Assembly (NCBI GenBank): GCA_051942205.1
Contig: JAVECO010000039.1
Location: forward strand, 120,158 to 140,157
Reading direction: 5' to 3'
Source of the DNA: Coniocarpon cinnabarinum
Lineage: Eukaryota
Length of the DNA: 20,000 nt
Made by a program: the position numbers and the translations under genes. The stretch's first letter is position 1, and every line of letters begins with the position of its first letter. The notes under the pieces are model-generated. The model was given only the letters and a program-made list of their open reading frames with translations, searched no databases and was not told the origin of the DNA. Positions 1 to 9,556 of this stretch are shown here, in pieces.

Positions 1-4
1 CGTT

Positions 5-2323
5 ATGGTGACGAGCCCGTCCCGGCCACCGGAGCGCAACTGGTCAAAAAGAGAGAACTGGGGCGCTGCGCAGTCTATGAGGCCTACAAGGCCTCGTCGG
101 GACACGACGACAAGCAGTGAGGTCTCGAGCGAAGGCGATTCTCTCGATCCCAGTGTCTTCAAGAAAAGCTCCATCCGCCGACCTGGAGCCAGACGACCTG
201 CACACAAGCTCAGCGACGAGCGGATTGCAGAAGAAGTGCATGAGGGACTCGAAGACAGCACGAGACCCAGTACCGCCGCCTCCGAAGACGCCCATAAGAG
301 TGAGATGTCCGGCCCATCGCAGGAAGGACCGTCTGACGATGACGACGTTTCTGACGATGTCTCGCTTGCTTCGTCTGGTTTCTCAGACGAGGAAAACTCT
401 CTCCTTGAAGGCATGGCTCCAATTGGGACGTCACCCTTAGGACCTGCTTTGGCGAAGTCTCCTCTGAAACAGACGCCCTCACCACGAAAAAACAAGTCCA
501 ACTCGAATCCTGACAGACCCGAATTACAAGAGCTTCCACCACCCAGACCCATCAGCACGGTTCAGCCTGTCAGTGCGCTCGCCGCTCAACTCAAGGCTCA
601 GAACAGGAAGCCTGGGAACATATTTGAGCGTTTTGCGCCGGTCGATGGAACGGATGCGTCTGATCCGCTACACATTAAGATTTACGTGCCTTCGTCGACA
701 AACTCCGACGAGGCGATGGAGCTCGAGATTCGAAGAACGTTGAACAATGGCGAGCCGGTGCCTGTGGGTGACGCGATTGGCTTTGCGTTGCTCAAGTACG
801 GCGAGCACGACCTGCAGCCGAAGATTCAAGGCCTCAAAGCCAACGTCAATAAATGGACTTTCCGGATAATGGATGACGGCGAAGTCGACGACGATTTTCC
901 CCCGCTGGGTCGCACCAAAGCCCTCGTCGCCTTTGCCAACAACAACACTCGCCCTGCACGTGGCCGGGCTCGAGGCAAGCCATGGGACGAATTCGGCCTC
1001 GTCGAAGCCACGGCGGAGCAATTTCGAGAAAACGAGCGTGAGACGCCTGGCTACACCCAGGAGGCCAAAGCCGCTCAAGCATCGACTCCATCCGCAGAGC
1101 CAGCATTGCCGACACGATCTACAGAAGCCTTTGAACCCTTTGCATCACCTGCGAACACCGCCACTGCAGCTTCTTCTGTCGTGACGGCACAACAGACGTC
1201 GCGCCCACCTTCGTACTCCAACCCCTCTGCTCAAGTTCGCCCTTCTGGACCCGTCCGCCAACCCTCTAACTCTGACCCTCCGCCACCTCGCTCGTCCTCC
1301 TTTGCAGCGTCCGCGGCCATGACCGGTCGACCGCCCAACAGTCGCCAAGCTACAAATCCGATGCCCGTCAGCAATAGACCCATTGGTCCCCTCCCTTTCG
1401 TCCGCACCAAGACCACCACACCAATGGACATGCCCACTATGCCCGCCGCACCCACAATGGCTGAACGCTCCGGCGCACCACGCACGCTCAACGTCCATTT
1501 CACGACCCCCGACGTCCAAACTATGACCATCACCCTCGACGTGACGACCGACACGTACATCTCCGAAGTCTTCGACACGGCCACATCCCGCCTCCAACTC
1601 GACAAAGGCAACTACGTCCTCCGCGTCACCGGCACCTCCACCGTCGCACCCTCCGACCGCACCGTCGAAGCTCTAGGCCCAGAAAGACGGGACCTCGATC
1701 TCACGCGCCGTCGGTTCATCTCCGAAGGTCCCATTGGCCTCGCCGGCTCCCCTGGCTCCACATCCCCCAATGCCCCGCTCCTTCTTACAACCACCGGCAC
1801 CCCTACAAAGGGCACGAAAACCCGTCATCATAAACGGAAAGACGGCGACACCGGCTTCGCGGGCGGCTTCGCAGCCGGCTTCCACGGCTTCACGACAACC
1901 CATCCATTAGCAACGACGTCCGACCTCCTCGGCCCGGCCGCCATGGCGAACTCGTCCTACCGTCGCTGGAACGTCACCCGTCGCCAGCCCATGAGCTTCA
2001 CCGCCTCCGCGCCCCGCGTCCTCGCCGTCGACGCCGAGAACCTCTACATCTCCCCGCCCGAGGGCAAGCGCTACGGCGGCAACACCACCGCCGCCGGCGC
2101 CGACGACAAGACGCGCATCGTGGCTTTCGGCGCGGTCACCGGCGTCAAGGTCCTCCGGAAGCATCCGCGCAGTTTCCGGATCGTCGTCTTCCGTGAGGTC
2201 GGCAAGGAGCAGAAGCGGTATGATTTTGAGGCGGGGTCGAGCGAGGAGGCGAGGGAGATTGTGGGGTTTGTGGAGAGAGGTGTTGAAGGTGCGAGATTGA
2301 GGGGGTGGGGACGGGAGGGTTAG
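5..2323 (+). CDS. SIN1: TORC2 subunit Sin1/Avo1 (SAPK-interacting protein 1), probably 5'-partial
   Basis: 772-aa ORF whose frame is open to the window edge. It has a CRIM-like domain (LHIKIYVPSS...VGDAIGFALLKY...NVNKWTFRIMDDGEVDDDFPPLGRT), an RBD-like segment (TITLDVTTDTYISEVFD...NYVLRV) and a C-terminal SIN1-type PH domain (YRRWNVTRRQPMSF...KRYDFEA...AREIV). Stop TAG at 2321-2323. Confidence 0.9.
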   Translation: MVTSPSRPPERNWSKRENWGAAQSMRPTRPRRDTTTSSEVSSEGDSLDPSVFKKSSIRRPGARRPAHKLSDERIAEEVHEGLEDSTRPSTAASEDAHKSEMSGPSQEGPSDDDDVSDDVSLASSGFSDEENSLLEGMAPIGTSPLGPALAKSPLKQTPSPRKNKSNSNPDRPELQELPPPRPISTVQPVSALAAQLKAQNRKPGNIFERFAPVDGTDASDPLHIKIYVPSSTNSDEAMELEIRRTLNNGEPVPVGDAIGFALLKYGEHDLQPKIQGLKANVNKWTFRIMDDGEVDDDFPPLGRTKALVAFANNNTRPARGRARGKPWDEFGLVEATAEQFRENERETPGYTQEAKAAQASTPSAEPALPTRSTEAFEPFASPANTATAASSVVTAQQTSRPPSYSNPSAQVRPSGPVRQPSNSDPPPPRSSSFAASAAMTGRPPNSRQATNPMPVSNRPIGPLPFVRTKTTTPMDMPTMPAAPTMAERSGAPRTLNVHFTTPDVQTMTITLDVTTDTYISEVFDTATSRLQLDKGNYVLRVTGTSTVAPSDRTVEALGPERRDLDLTRRRFISEGPIGLAGSPGSTSPNAPLLLTTTGTPTKGTKTRHHKRKDGDTGFAGGFAAGFHGFTTTHPLATTSDLLGPAAMANSSYRRWNVTRRQPMSFTASAPRVLAVDAENLYISPPEGKRYGGNTTAAGADDKTRIVAFGAVTGVKVLRKHPRSFRIVVFREVGKEQKRYDFEAGSSEEAREIVGFVERGVEGARLRGWGREG

Positions 2324-2755
2324 GTGGGTGTAGTGGCTGCTTTTGTTTGGAGCTGTATCATAGCACTTAGCGGACGACGTGGTCATGCTTATATGAAGCG
2401 AAAGGGGCTTTCGCCGTCGTATCCGCTATTTTCGTGATTGACACAACTTTGCCATTGGGCTATTCGAGAGTCTCGGCAAGAGCCAACGCGCAGCGCAGCT
2501 ACCTGCTGCTATTCCTGCGTTGAATATTACGAGTGGCACTGGTAAGCGATTCATAACGCGCACATGTACACCAACGTGTCATCGACTTTACTGCCCATGT
2601 TATAGAATACACAGAATCACAGCCAGTGACCGAACAAAACAAGCGCCGCTGTACAATCGCCGTATTATCCTCACTCAGTACCATCCTATTGCGACCCTCA
2701 ATCCAACGCCACGCTCTCAAATTCATTTTCCCCCGGTGCTCATGATCTCCTCAAA

Positions 2756-4068
2756 CTAAGATTGCCTCTTCGCAAGATCCAAATGCCACCCAAACAACCG
2801 CCTAAAAACATCCCCTCCCCGTCCCTCAACAGTGTCACCATGACACATGACCAAATTTTTAATCCCCCAGCCATCAACCTCACTCACACTTCTCGCAAAG
2901 CCAACCCGATCCTGCGCACTAATCAAATACCACAGAAACCGACTCTGCCATTTTATCTGCCCCTCGCCCGTTCCATTGAGTGACGTGAATAATCGGGTGA
3001 AGAGACCGGAGGTGGCGGATTCCGAAGAGAGTGCGTATTGTTGTGTCGCGGGCAGATTGAAGAGGAGATCGGCGGTTATTAAGGTTTTGGAGGGTTGATG
3101 GAGGAAGACGAGTTCTTTGTTGGGGTGGGCGGGGATGAATGTCGAGCGGAAGAGGGAGTCGAATTCAGGGCTGATTGAGTAATCCTCTTTTTCGGTGACG
3201 GTGCCGTTTGACGCTTCGGATTGTCCCTCTTGAGATTGTCCTGTTCCCGACGCTGTCTTCGGCGATGGCTCAGCCCTCGCCGCTCCACCATTTACCGCCG
3301 TTTTAGTGTCTTGTTCTTCACCTTGGGCATCATTCTCGACACCGTTCTCAGAAGCAGAAACCGGGGTATGTCTGCTCCGCCGTTCCTTTTCCAAGAATTC
3401 TACCCATTTCCTGTTGCGAAGTGCTTCTTTCTTCGCTCGCATCCCTTCCGGGCCGATGATAGTAGCATTGGGGTAGGCGTCGCTCCAGTCTTTTACGAAG
3501 ATGTGATGTTCCATGTCCAAGGCGGCGATATAGCGGAGTTCGCCCATTTGGGCGATCTGGGCTTTGACTTGGGGTGTCAGAGCTACCGGAGAGAAGACGG
3601 CTACAGAGGGTTTGGATGAGGAGGGTGTTGCCGGGGTAGCGATTGGTTGCGCCGAGGTTGAGGGAGTCGGTGCAGCGGTTGAAGAGGTTGTGATCGGCGA
3701 GGCTGTTGTTTGACCCGATGCATTCGGAGAAAAGGTGTATGGTGTTGTTGTAGGAGTAGCTCCGGCGGTTGCAGAGATCGGGGTTTTTGCATCTTCTCGG
3801 TTCGCGGGTGAGGTCGCGCTGACGGAAGACGCGCCTTGATCTTCAGTCGAAAAGGTTGGGAAGCGAATGAGTGTAGCGCGACCGCCGATTTTGATGCGGC
3901 CGAAGCGAGAAAAGGGTAGGGAGAGGGTCACAATATTAGGATCGGAGTCAAGAGGACTGCATAAGATGCGTCAGTCATGTTCCTGGACTGTCATCTTGTG
4001 GAGTGAACAGCAATATACCTGATGACCATGCATTTCTCAGGATCGTCAGGAACGAGTTTCGGCGACAT
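2756..4068 (-). CDS. DUF4336-like (metallo-beta-lactamase-like fold) fungal protein, 2 exons
   Basis: Exon 1 is 4068-4019 (MSPKLVPDDPEKCMVI). The intron is 4018-3957 (GTATAT...CTGAC...CAG, 62 nt) and exon 2 is 3956-2756. Motifs PFSRFGRIKIGGRAT, AVFSPVALT, YIAALDMEHHIF, HPNKELVF, TLITADLLFNLPA and CHGD are typical of this family. Confidence 0.8.
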
Positions 4069-4282
4069 GGTTGAGGACTGGCGGGCTGAGGTTGTTATTG
4101 GAGAATGCGTATGAGGTGCAAAGGAGCTTCGAGGTACGAAAGGCCTGATATAGACGTGGAGGCTCGCTGGTGCTCTAGCTAGCAAAGAGTAGGATAGCGA
4201 ACCGGAAGGAAGTCGACTGAAAGAGTTTCGTAAGCGAAGAGGCAAGTGGGATTGAATGAACATGTATTCCTTCACATGGATC

Positions 4283-4309
4283 GGGCTATTACGGCTATCC
4301 TAGCTATCA
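4283..4309. repeat. 9-bp imperfect tandem repeat x3 (core GCTAT)
   Basis: GGGCTATTA CGGCTATCC TAGCTATCA, in the divergent DUF4336/GNAT intergenic region. Confidence 0.5.
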
Positions 4310-4957
4310 GAGGAAAATGGAATGGAAGCTCGTAAGACATTGAAAGTGACATCATACAACAAGCATGCTTTGGTCTGGTTGTAATTAGGCAGCAGCAAAA
4401 CGTCAAGCGGATTGCAACAATGTTCGTGGTCAGCTTATGGCGATTTCAAATCTTTATACACCGGGTCAGACGCGATCCGACGGAGTTTGCAATAGAAGTT
4501 CGAAATTCGAATGATGCGCGAAGGACTTGTGCTGCTGTATCTGTGGTACGAGCCTCGGGCGATCGAACTCCTGGTCAGAGCTTGACGCTAAGACTACCTC
4601 TTCACGCACGTGATTTCGCTGCCACCAGGACTCACCGACACCTTTCTACTACCCCTTTGCGCGAATCGTTAGTTAATACACACTACAGCTCTCAGTGGCC
4701 TTTCTGACAAGTCAGGAAAACGTGTTCGACTTCAGCGAGATGGTAGAGCACGCGAAGTGACATGCACGGTGATGAGGCAAACACGACTTATGCAACGTAA
4801 CGCAAGGAGGAGTCGTTGCAGGAATGATCTCCACGCACGAAAGTCATCAGTCCATGCTGTACCTGCTTAGCCATGAGCAATACTGAATCGTTTGTATCAA
4901 CGTGACATCTGTGAGGTACTGATCTTACTGTGAAAAGTTGAAAGTTTCAACGCCCGT

Positions 4958-4963
4958 TATATA
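4958..4963 (+). promoter_or_regulatory. Putative TATA box of the GNAT gene
   Basis: TATATA about 90 nt upstream of the ATG at 5053. Confidence 0.4.
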
Positions 4964-5052
4964 GTTCGGTTTCACACCCACACAATCTTTGTACACTACA
5001 TCTGTTCTTACTGTCCCTCTAAAGAAGCGACAAAATTATATCTCACGAGTTC

Positions 5053-5750
5053 ATGATGGCATACGTTATTTCCCCTGTCGAAGACGCTGATTTGGAGCAG
5101 ATCACAGCTCTTGCATGTGATGCCATCTCCGAAAATGGCATTCCCGAGTATCTCGCAGCCACCTGGCCGCACATGAACACCACGGAAGCCAGAAAGAGGG
5201 CTCTATCCAAATTCGCTCGCATGAAAGCCAGCCTTCCAAGCCCCGAGCACTTTCTCAAGATTTCGAAGGGGTCGCTCCATGAGCCAATTGCCAGTGCCAG
5301 ATGGACCAAACACATGGAAATGCCACACACATTTCCCGCCGTGGACCCAGCGCTGTGGCCAAATGAAGATGATCAGCAATATGCTGAACACCTAAACGCT
5401 GAGAAGAACAAGCTCGCACTTAGAGCTTATGCAAAGGTTAGGCTTCCTATTGTTGGTAGGTGCCGTGTGACAAAGTGTTCATCAAAGACTGCGTAATGAT
5501 GTGTGTAGAAATCATCTCACTCGCAGTCAAGATCCCGAACCAACATCAGGGAGTTGGGCGCTTGCTTCTGGAAAACATACTGTCTCAATGCAGACATATG
5601 ATCGCATCGGTCATTTTACTAGCGACACCTCGCGCGGTCTCTTTCTACGAGAAGCACGGCTTCGAGGTGGTTGAGGATGCTTTTCTTGAAGTGCCTTCGA
5701 AGTGGTCTCTCAAACCAAGGGCGCATCTGGTTTTTATGATTCTCCAATGA
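5053..5750 (+). CDS. GNAT-family N-acetyltransferase, 2 exons (~214 aa)
   Basis: Exon 1 is 5053-5455, the intron is 5456-5508 (GTAGGT...TAG, 53 nt) and exon 2 is 5509-5750. Splicing joins two ORFs in frame (LPIV-E-IISLAV). It carries the acetyl-CoA motif A QHQGVG and motif B LLATPRAVSFYEKHGFEVV. Confidence 0.82.
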
Positions 5751-5968
5751 AAAGCTATCGAGGCAAGCTCGCTATTTGTCAAGGAAAGTCTCAACACGGC
5801 TCGAGTCATGGAAGATAGATGCTCATACGAATGGAGATCAAAACAGCTGAATCTGCATGATGGTTTGCGATTGCTACCATGCTAATGCGAGATAGCGTAA
5901 AGCCACTCGAACTGGTGGTCCGAGCTCAGTGAATGCCAAGACAAACGGATCGACCTCCGCATGTGACA

Positions 5969-6050
5969 GTAAACAACGCGCCCAGCTCACCTCTATAGCT
6001 CACCACTATAGCTCACCACCAGTACCTCCAGCACATCTCCGATCGCGCGT
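5969..6050 (+). promoter_or_regulatory. Forkhead site plus MCB-like cores upstream of NNF1
   Basis: GTAAACAA (5969-5976) overlaps ACGCG (5976-5980), and CGCGT lies at 6046-6050. All are within ~110 nt of the ATG. Confidence 0.5.
5984..6022. repeat. 13-bp tandem repeat x3
   Basis: AGCTCACCTCTAT AGCTCACCACTAT AGCTCACCACCAG. Confidence 0.85.
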
Positions 6051-6075
6051 CACAACACCCCATCAAACCCCCAAT

Positions 6076-6723
6076 ATGACAACCCAAACCTCACCACCCC
6101 CCACACAATCCGCCCCCGGCGACCGCGCCCGCCAACTGACCGCAGTCTTTGCCCGCGCCCTCAAGAACGCCCTCAAACCCATAACGTCCTATCCCAACTT
6201 TGCGGCCTGCTTTCCGACGCCCGCATCCTACTGCGACGTGGCGCTCCGCGAGCTGCACTCGGACTTTGTGCGGAAGTTGCAGGGGACGTGCGAGAGTGAG
6301 TTTGAGGCGCTCTTGGTGGAAAGAGAGGTGGTGACGCGATTGAATGAGTTGGATTTTTTGGTTGAGGAGGGGCGGAAGCGACGAGCGAGGGTGGAGGGTA
6401 GTGAGGAGGTGAAGGGGAGGGAGGATGGAGAGGACGGGAAGAAGAGTGAAGGAGAAGAAGTGGTGCCGCATTTGATGCCGCCGGAAGCGCTGCTAAAGGC
6501 GCATTTATCGTCTTTCGTGAAGGAGGAGGGTGAAGGTGTTCAGAGGAGGATACACGACGTGGAAGGGAAAAATCAGGAGTTGATTCAGGAAGTGAAGAGC
6601 CAACGGGAGGAGATTGAGGGGTTGATTGCGGGATTGGAGGGAATCGTGAAAGACGTGGAGGCGGCGAATGGTGTTCTGCGAGGAGGTGAGATGGAGGGGA
6701 TGGAAGCGATATTAAAAGGTTGA
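6076..6723 (+). CDS. NNF1: Kinetochore MIND/Mis12 complex subunit Nnf1 (~215 aa)
   Basis: The first in-frame ATG is at 6076 (the ORF-track start at 5929 is GTG). Nnf1-like motifs are PGDRARQL...NFAACFPTPA...EFEALLVEREVVTRLNELDFLVEEGRKRR and PHLMPPEALLKAHL, followed by a C-terminal coiled coil. Confidence 0.85.
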   Translation: MTTQTSPPPTQSAPGDRARQLTAVFARALKNALKPITSYPNFAACFPTPASYCDVALRELHSDFVRKLQGTCESEFEALLVEREVVTRLNELDFLVEEGRKRRARVEGSEEVKGREDGEDGKKSEGEEVVPHLMPPEALLKAHLSSFVKEEGEGVQRRIHDVEGKNQELIQEVKSQREEIEGLIAGLEGIVKDVEAANGVLRGGEMEGMEAILKG

Positions 6724-7398
6724 TGAAGGCGACGTGCGATAGGTTGACATCTCTGGCCAGGGCAAGCATTTCCGGAAGAGTGCAAAAGCGATGTCATGAT
6801 CGGGCGACCCTGTCTCTGCGAAGTTGAGACAGGCACGCATAAGGTTGGCGCTTGCGAATGATCTCAAGAGAACGAATGGAAATGATGGCACGACGTGAAG
6901 ATGTGTAAACGATGACGGACGAGATGAAACGCCTTTGCTGGTTCAGGGAGGCTGGTGGGGACGACATTATGACGCAGATTTTCGAGCGTAACTGGGCGAG
7001 GAGGCGGAAGGAATCCTCGTCACACGCAGTTGCTTGTCGGGCCCGCGAAGAGACAGCATGGGCTTCCGTCCAGACACGAGAGCATCCTCGCCTTGGATCA
7101 TTAGAAACCACAGCACGCACTTGAGCAAAAGACCTGGGAAGGATAGAGCAGGTTACATTCGGCACGTGCAGATTTACGTTGCCAGAGTTTGAAGAAAGCC
7201 AAAGAGCCCGTTGATAGAGCTGCGGTGGCTGGAAATTGGCGGTGATGACCTTAATAGAGAGCATCAATGTTCACGCTCACGATTTCAAACATCCTGTCTT
7301 GATACTCCAGGAAATGCATTCTCGTGTCTTCATACTATTAATATAAACGTATCTCTATATCATATCTCGAGGCTTGCCGATGGTCCTTCCTTTTCTCA

Positions 7399-9556
7399 TC
7401 AGGTAGTCGGCGAGAACCTCGACCAGGCGCGAATCTTGTGTCCGTAGAAATAGAACACGATCGGAGCCGGATACAATGCCAGCGTGAGGAACGCCAACAG
7501 ACTCGTCGCCCACGGCACTCCCAGATTGTGAAACATGCCCGTCGCAAACATAATGAATCCCCCGCCGACCCAACTTCTCACAAAGGTGTTTGCGGCAATC
7601 GCGGAATTGGCGTTCATGAGGTACACGTCGATGAGATAATTCAGCCCTTGCAAGAAGATGATCATGACACCACCGCCGGTCAACCCAATGGAGATGATTT
7701 GGGGCCAGATGTTGATGTGTGGATTGCTGGTCCACGCAAACCAAAAGAGACCAGCAGGCAACATGGCGCCACCGACGAACATGGGGACGAGACGCTCTTC
7801 CGGGACGACTTTTCCCATGCGGTGCATAACGTTTGCGAATCGGTACCGGGTGATGAGAACGATGATCCCAGCTCCTATGACAACACCGATCAAGAGCGAA
7901 ATGAAAGGTAGCGATCCCACACCTGGTGACATGCCGCGGACTTCTTGGAACGCAATTGGAAAAGCTTCGAAAAACAGGTATCTGAAATCGTTAGCGTGGC
8001 ATCGCAAAGAAATTTGAGAACAATGAGAAACAGTGATGGGGTGGCTTGGTTCGAGTTGCAACTTACAGTATGCCATAGATCAAAGAGATGTAGACGGTAA
8101 TCAGAACCAAGATAGGCTCCATTGCCATCATGTGGAACGGACGCTGGATGTAGCGCTGCATAATCTAAACATCACAGTCAGCACAACGCGATCTTTGGGA
8201 AGCAGCGCAGCTGCTGTGGTGAATTCTTACTCCTTTGAGGTTGACGGGCTCTTCGTCTTGCTTAGAACGAATCGCCCAGTTCTTGGTCTCAAACCGGAGC
8301 CTCTGTGCTTTGTCATGCAGTAGTCGAGGCGCGAATGTCTCAGGAATGACGAAGAAGAATATGATGCCAAAACTCAGGCTGATAATAGCCGTCAGCCACG
8401 CTGTCCATCTCCAGCCGAGGTGTGACTCAGTCGTGAATGAGCCGACAATCGGGCCCATTGCAGGACCAATGAAGGTTGCACCGGAGAAGACGCAGAGCGC
8501 GTATCCTCGCTGGACCGGATCCCAAATATCCGCCAAGGCACCACCAACGACGGCCAGCGGCGCAGAAGCGAAAAAGCCGCCAAAGAATCGACAGACGAAG
8601 ATCGTCTGCAAGTTTTGCGCGACCGCGACAGGCACATTAAAGATTCCAAACACAATGTAGCCAAAGAAGAGCGGAAATTTGCGGCCGTATAGTTCAGACA
8701 GTGGACCCCACACCGGCGGACCCCATGCAAAGCCTAGGACGAACAGTGCTGTGCCCAGTAACATGACCTCCTGTGAGACGCCATACTCCCGCGCAGTGAC
8801 TTTGGTTGCTGTTGAGAAGATAGACGAAGCGAATGTGACGACAAATGTCAGGAAGCCGTAGCATGCGGTGTACATCCACTTCTTCCATGTCTTGAAATTT
8901 TGTGGGTTTAATGGATCATCAGGCCCCTCAAACTCAACTAAATTAGGATCCTTCTCTTGTGCTTGCGCCTTGGCTTTTTCGTTCTCAGATGAGGAGTCAG
9001 ATGAGTCCTGGGGAGTGTTTTTCTCTAGGTCTCTGTCCAGATCCTTCTCCAGGTCCCTGTCATCACTGCTCATGCTCGTGACGCCAGTCTGCTGAGATTC
9101 GCGCTCTTTGGTCCGACGCTGTTGGATTGAAGGTTGAGAAGGTACGGGAGGCACCTTGTCTGGGTCTTCAAAGTCTCGGAAGGTACCTAGCCAAGGTTTA
9201 TCGGCGTTGTGACCGCGCATCGATGGAGGACGAATGCTGGGATCTAAGCTCCTTCGCGTTCGACCTGCACCACCATTTGTACTCATTGACCACGCCCTGT
9301 CTGGAGGGCGCGCTGTGTCGAAGCTGCGGAGACTTGCAGCGTGAGCATTGTGTGGTGCGCCTTGAGTTATCGACGCCGAATCTGCATGTGGCGAGTGCGC
9401 GCGGTTGTCGCTGTCTGCGGGATCTTGTGGAGCGGTGATGACGCTCTGTGCGCTGGATTCGTTGCCATTATCACTGGCCAATGAGTGAGCAGGTCTTGCA
9501 GTGGATCCATGAGCACCATTATTGAGAGACCCTCTAGATTCTGCTGGAGTACTCAT
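7399..9556 (-). CDS. MFS multidrug/polyamine transporter, DHA1 family, 3 exons (~668 aa)
   Basis: Exons are 9556-8231, 8164-8067 and 7981-7399. Introns are 8230-8165 (GTAAGA...GCTGAC...TAG) and 8066-7982 (GTAAGT...GCTAAC...CAG). Motifs include FEGPDDPLNPQNF, WGPLSELYGRK, LGWRW, PET, EPIL, PEERL and YLIDVY...ANSAIAANTFVRS. The start codon is uncertain. Confidence 0.92.

Noticed and set aside
2368..2428. Three-way junction suggesting a hammerhead ribozyme
   Set aside because: No CUGANGA core on either strand.
4420..4707. 95-aa ORF in the DUF4336/GNAT intergenic region
   Set aside because: No supporting motif or splice partner.
5929..6075. GTG-initiated N-terminal extension of NNF1
   Set aside because: It covers promoter motifs and a 13-bp repeat whose unit is not a multiple of three, and ATG 6076 gives a normal Nnf1 start.
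6794..7267. 157-aa minus-strand ORF between NNF1 and the MFS gene
   Set aside because: No recognisable motif or codon bias, and it lies in convergent 3' regions.
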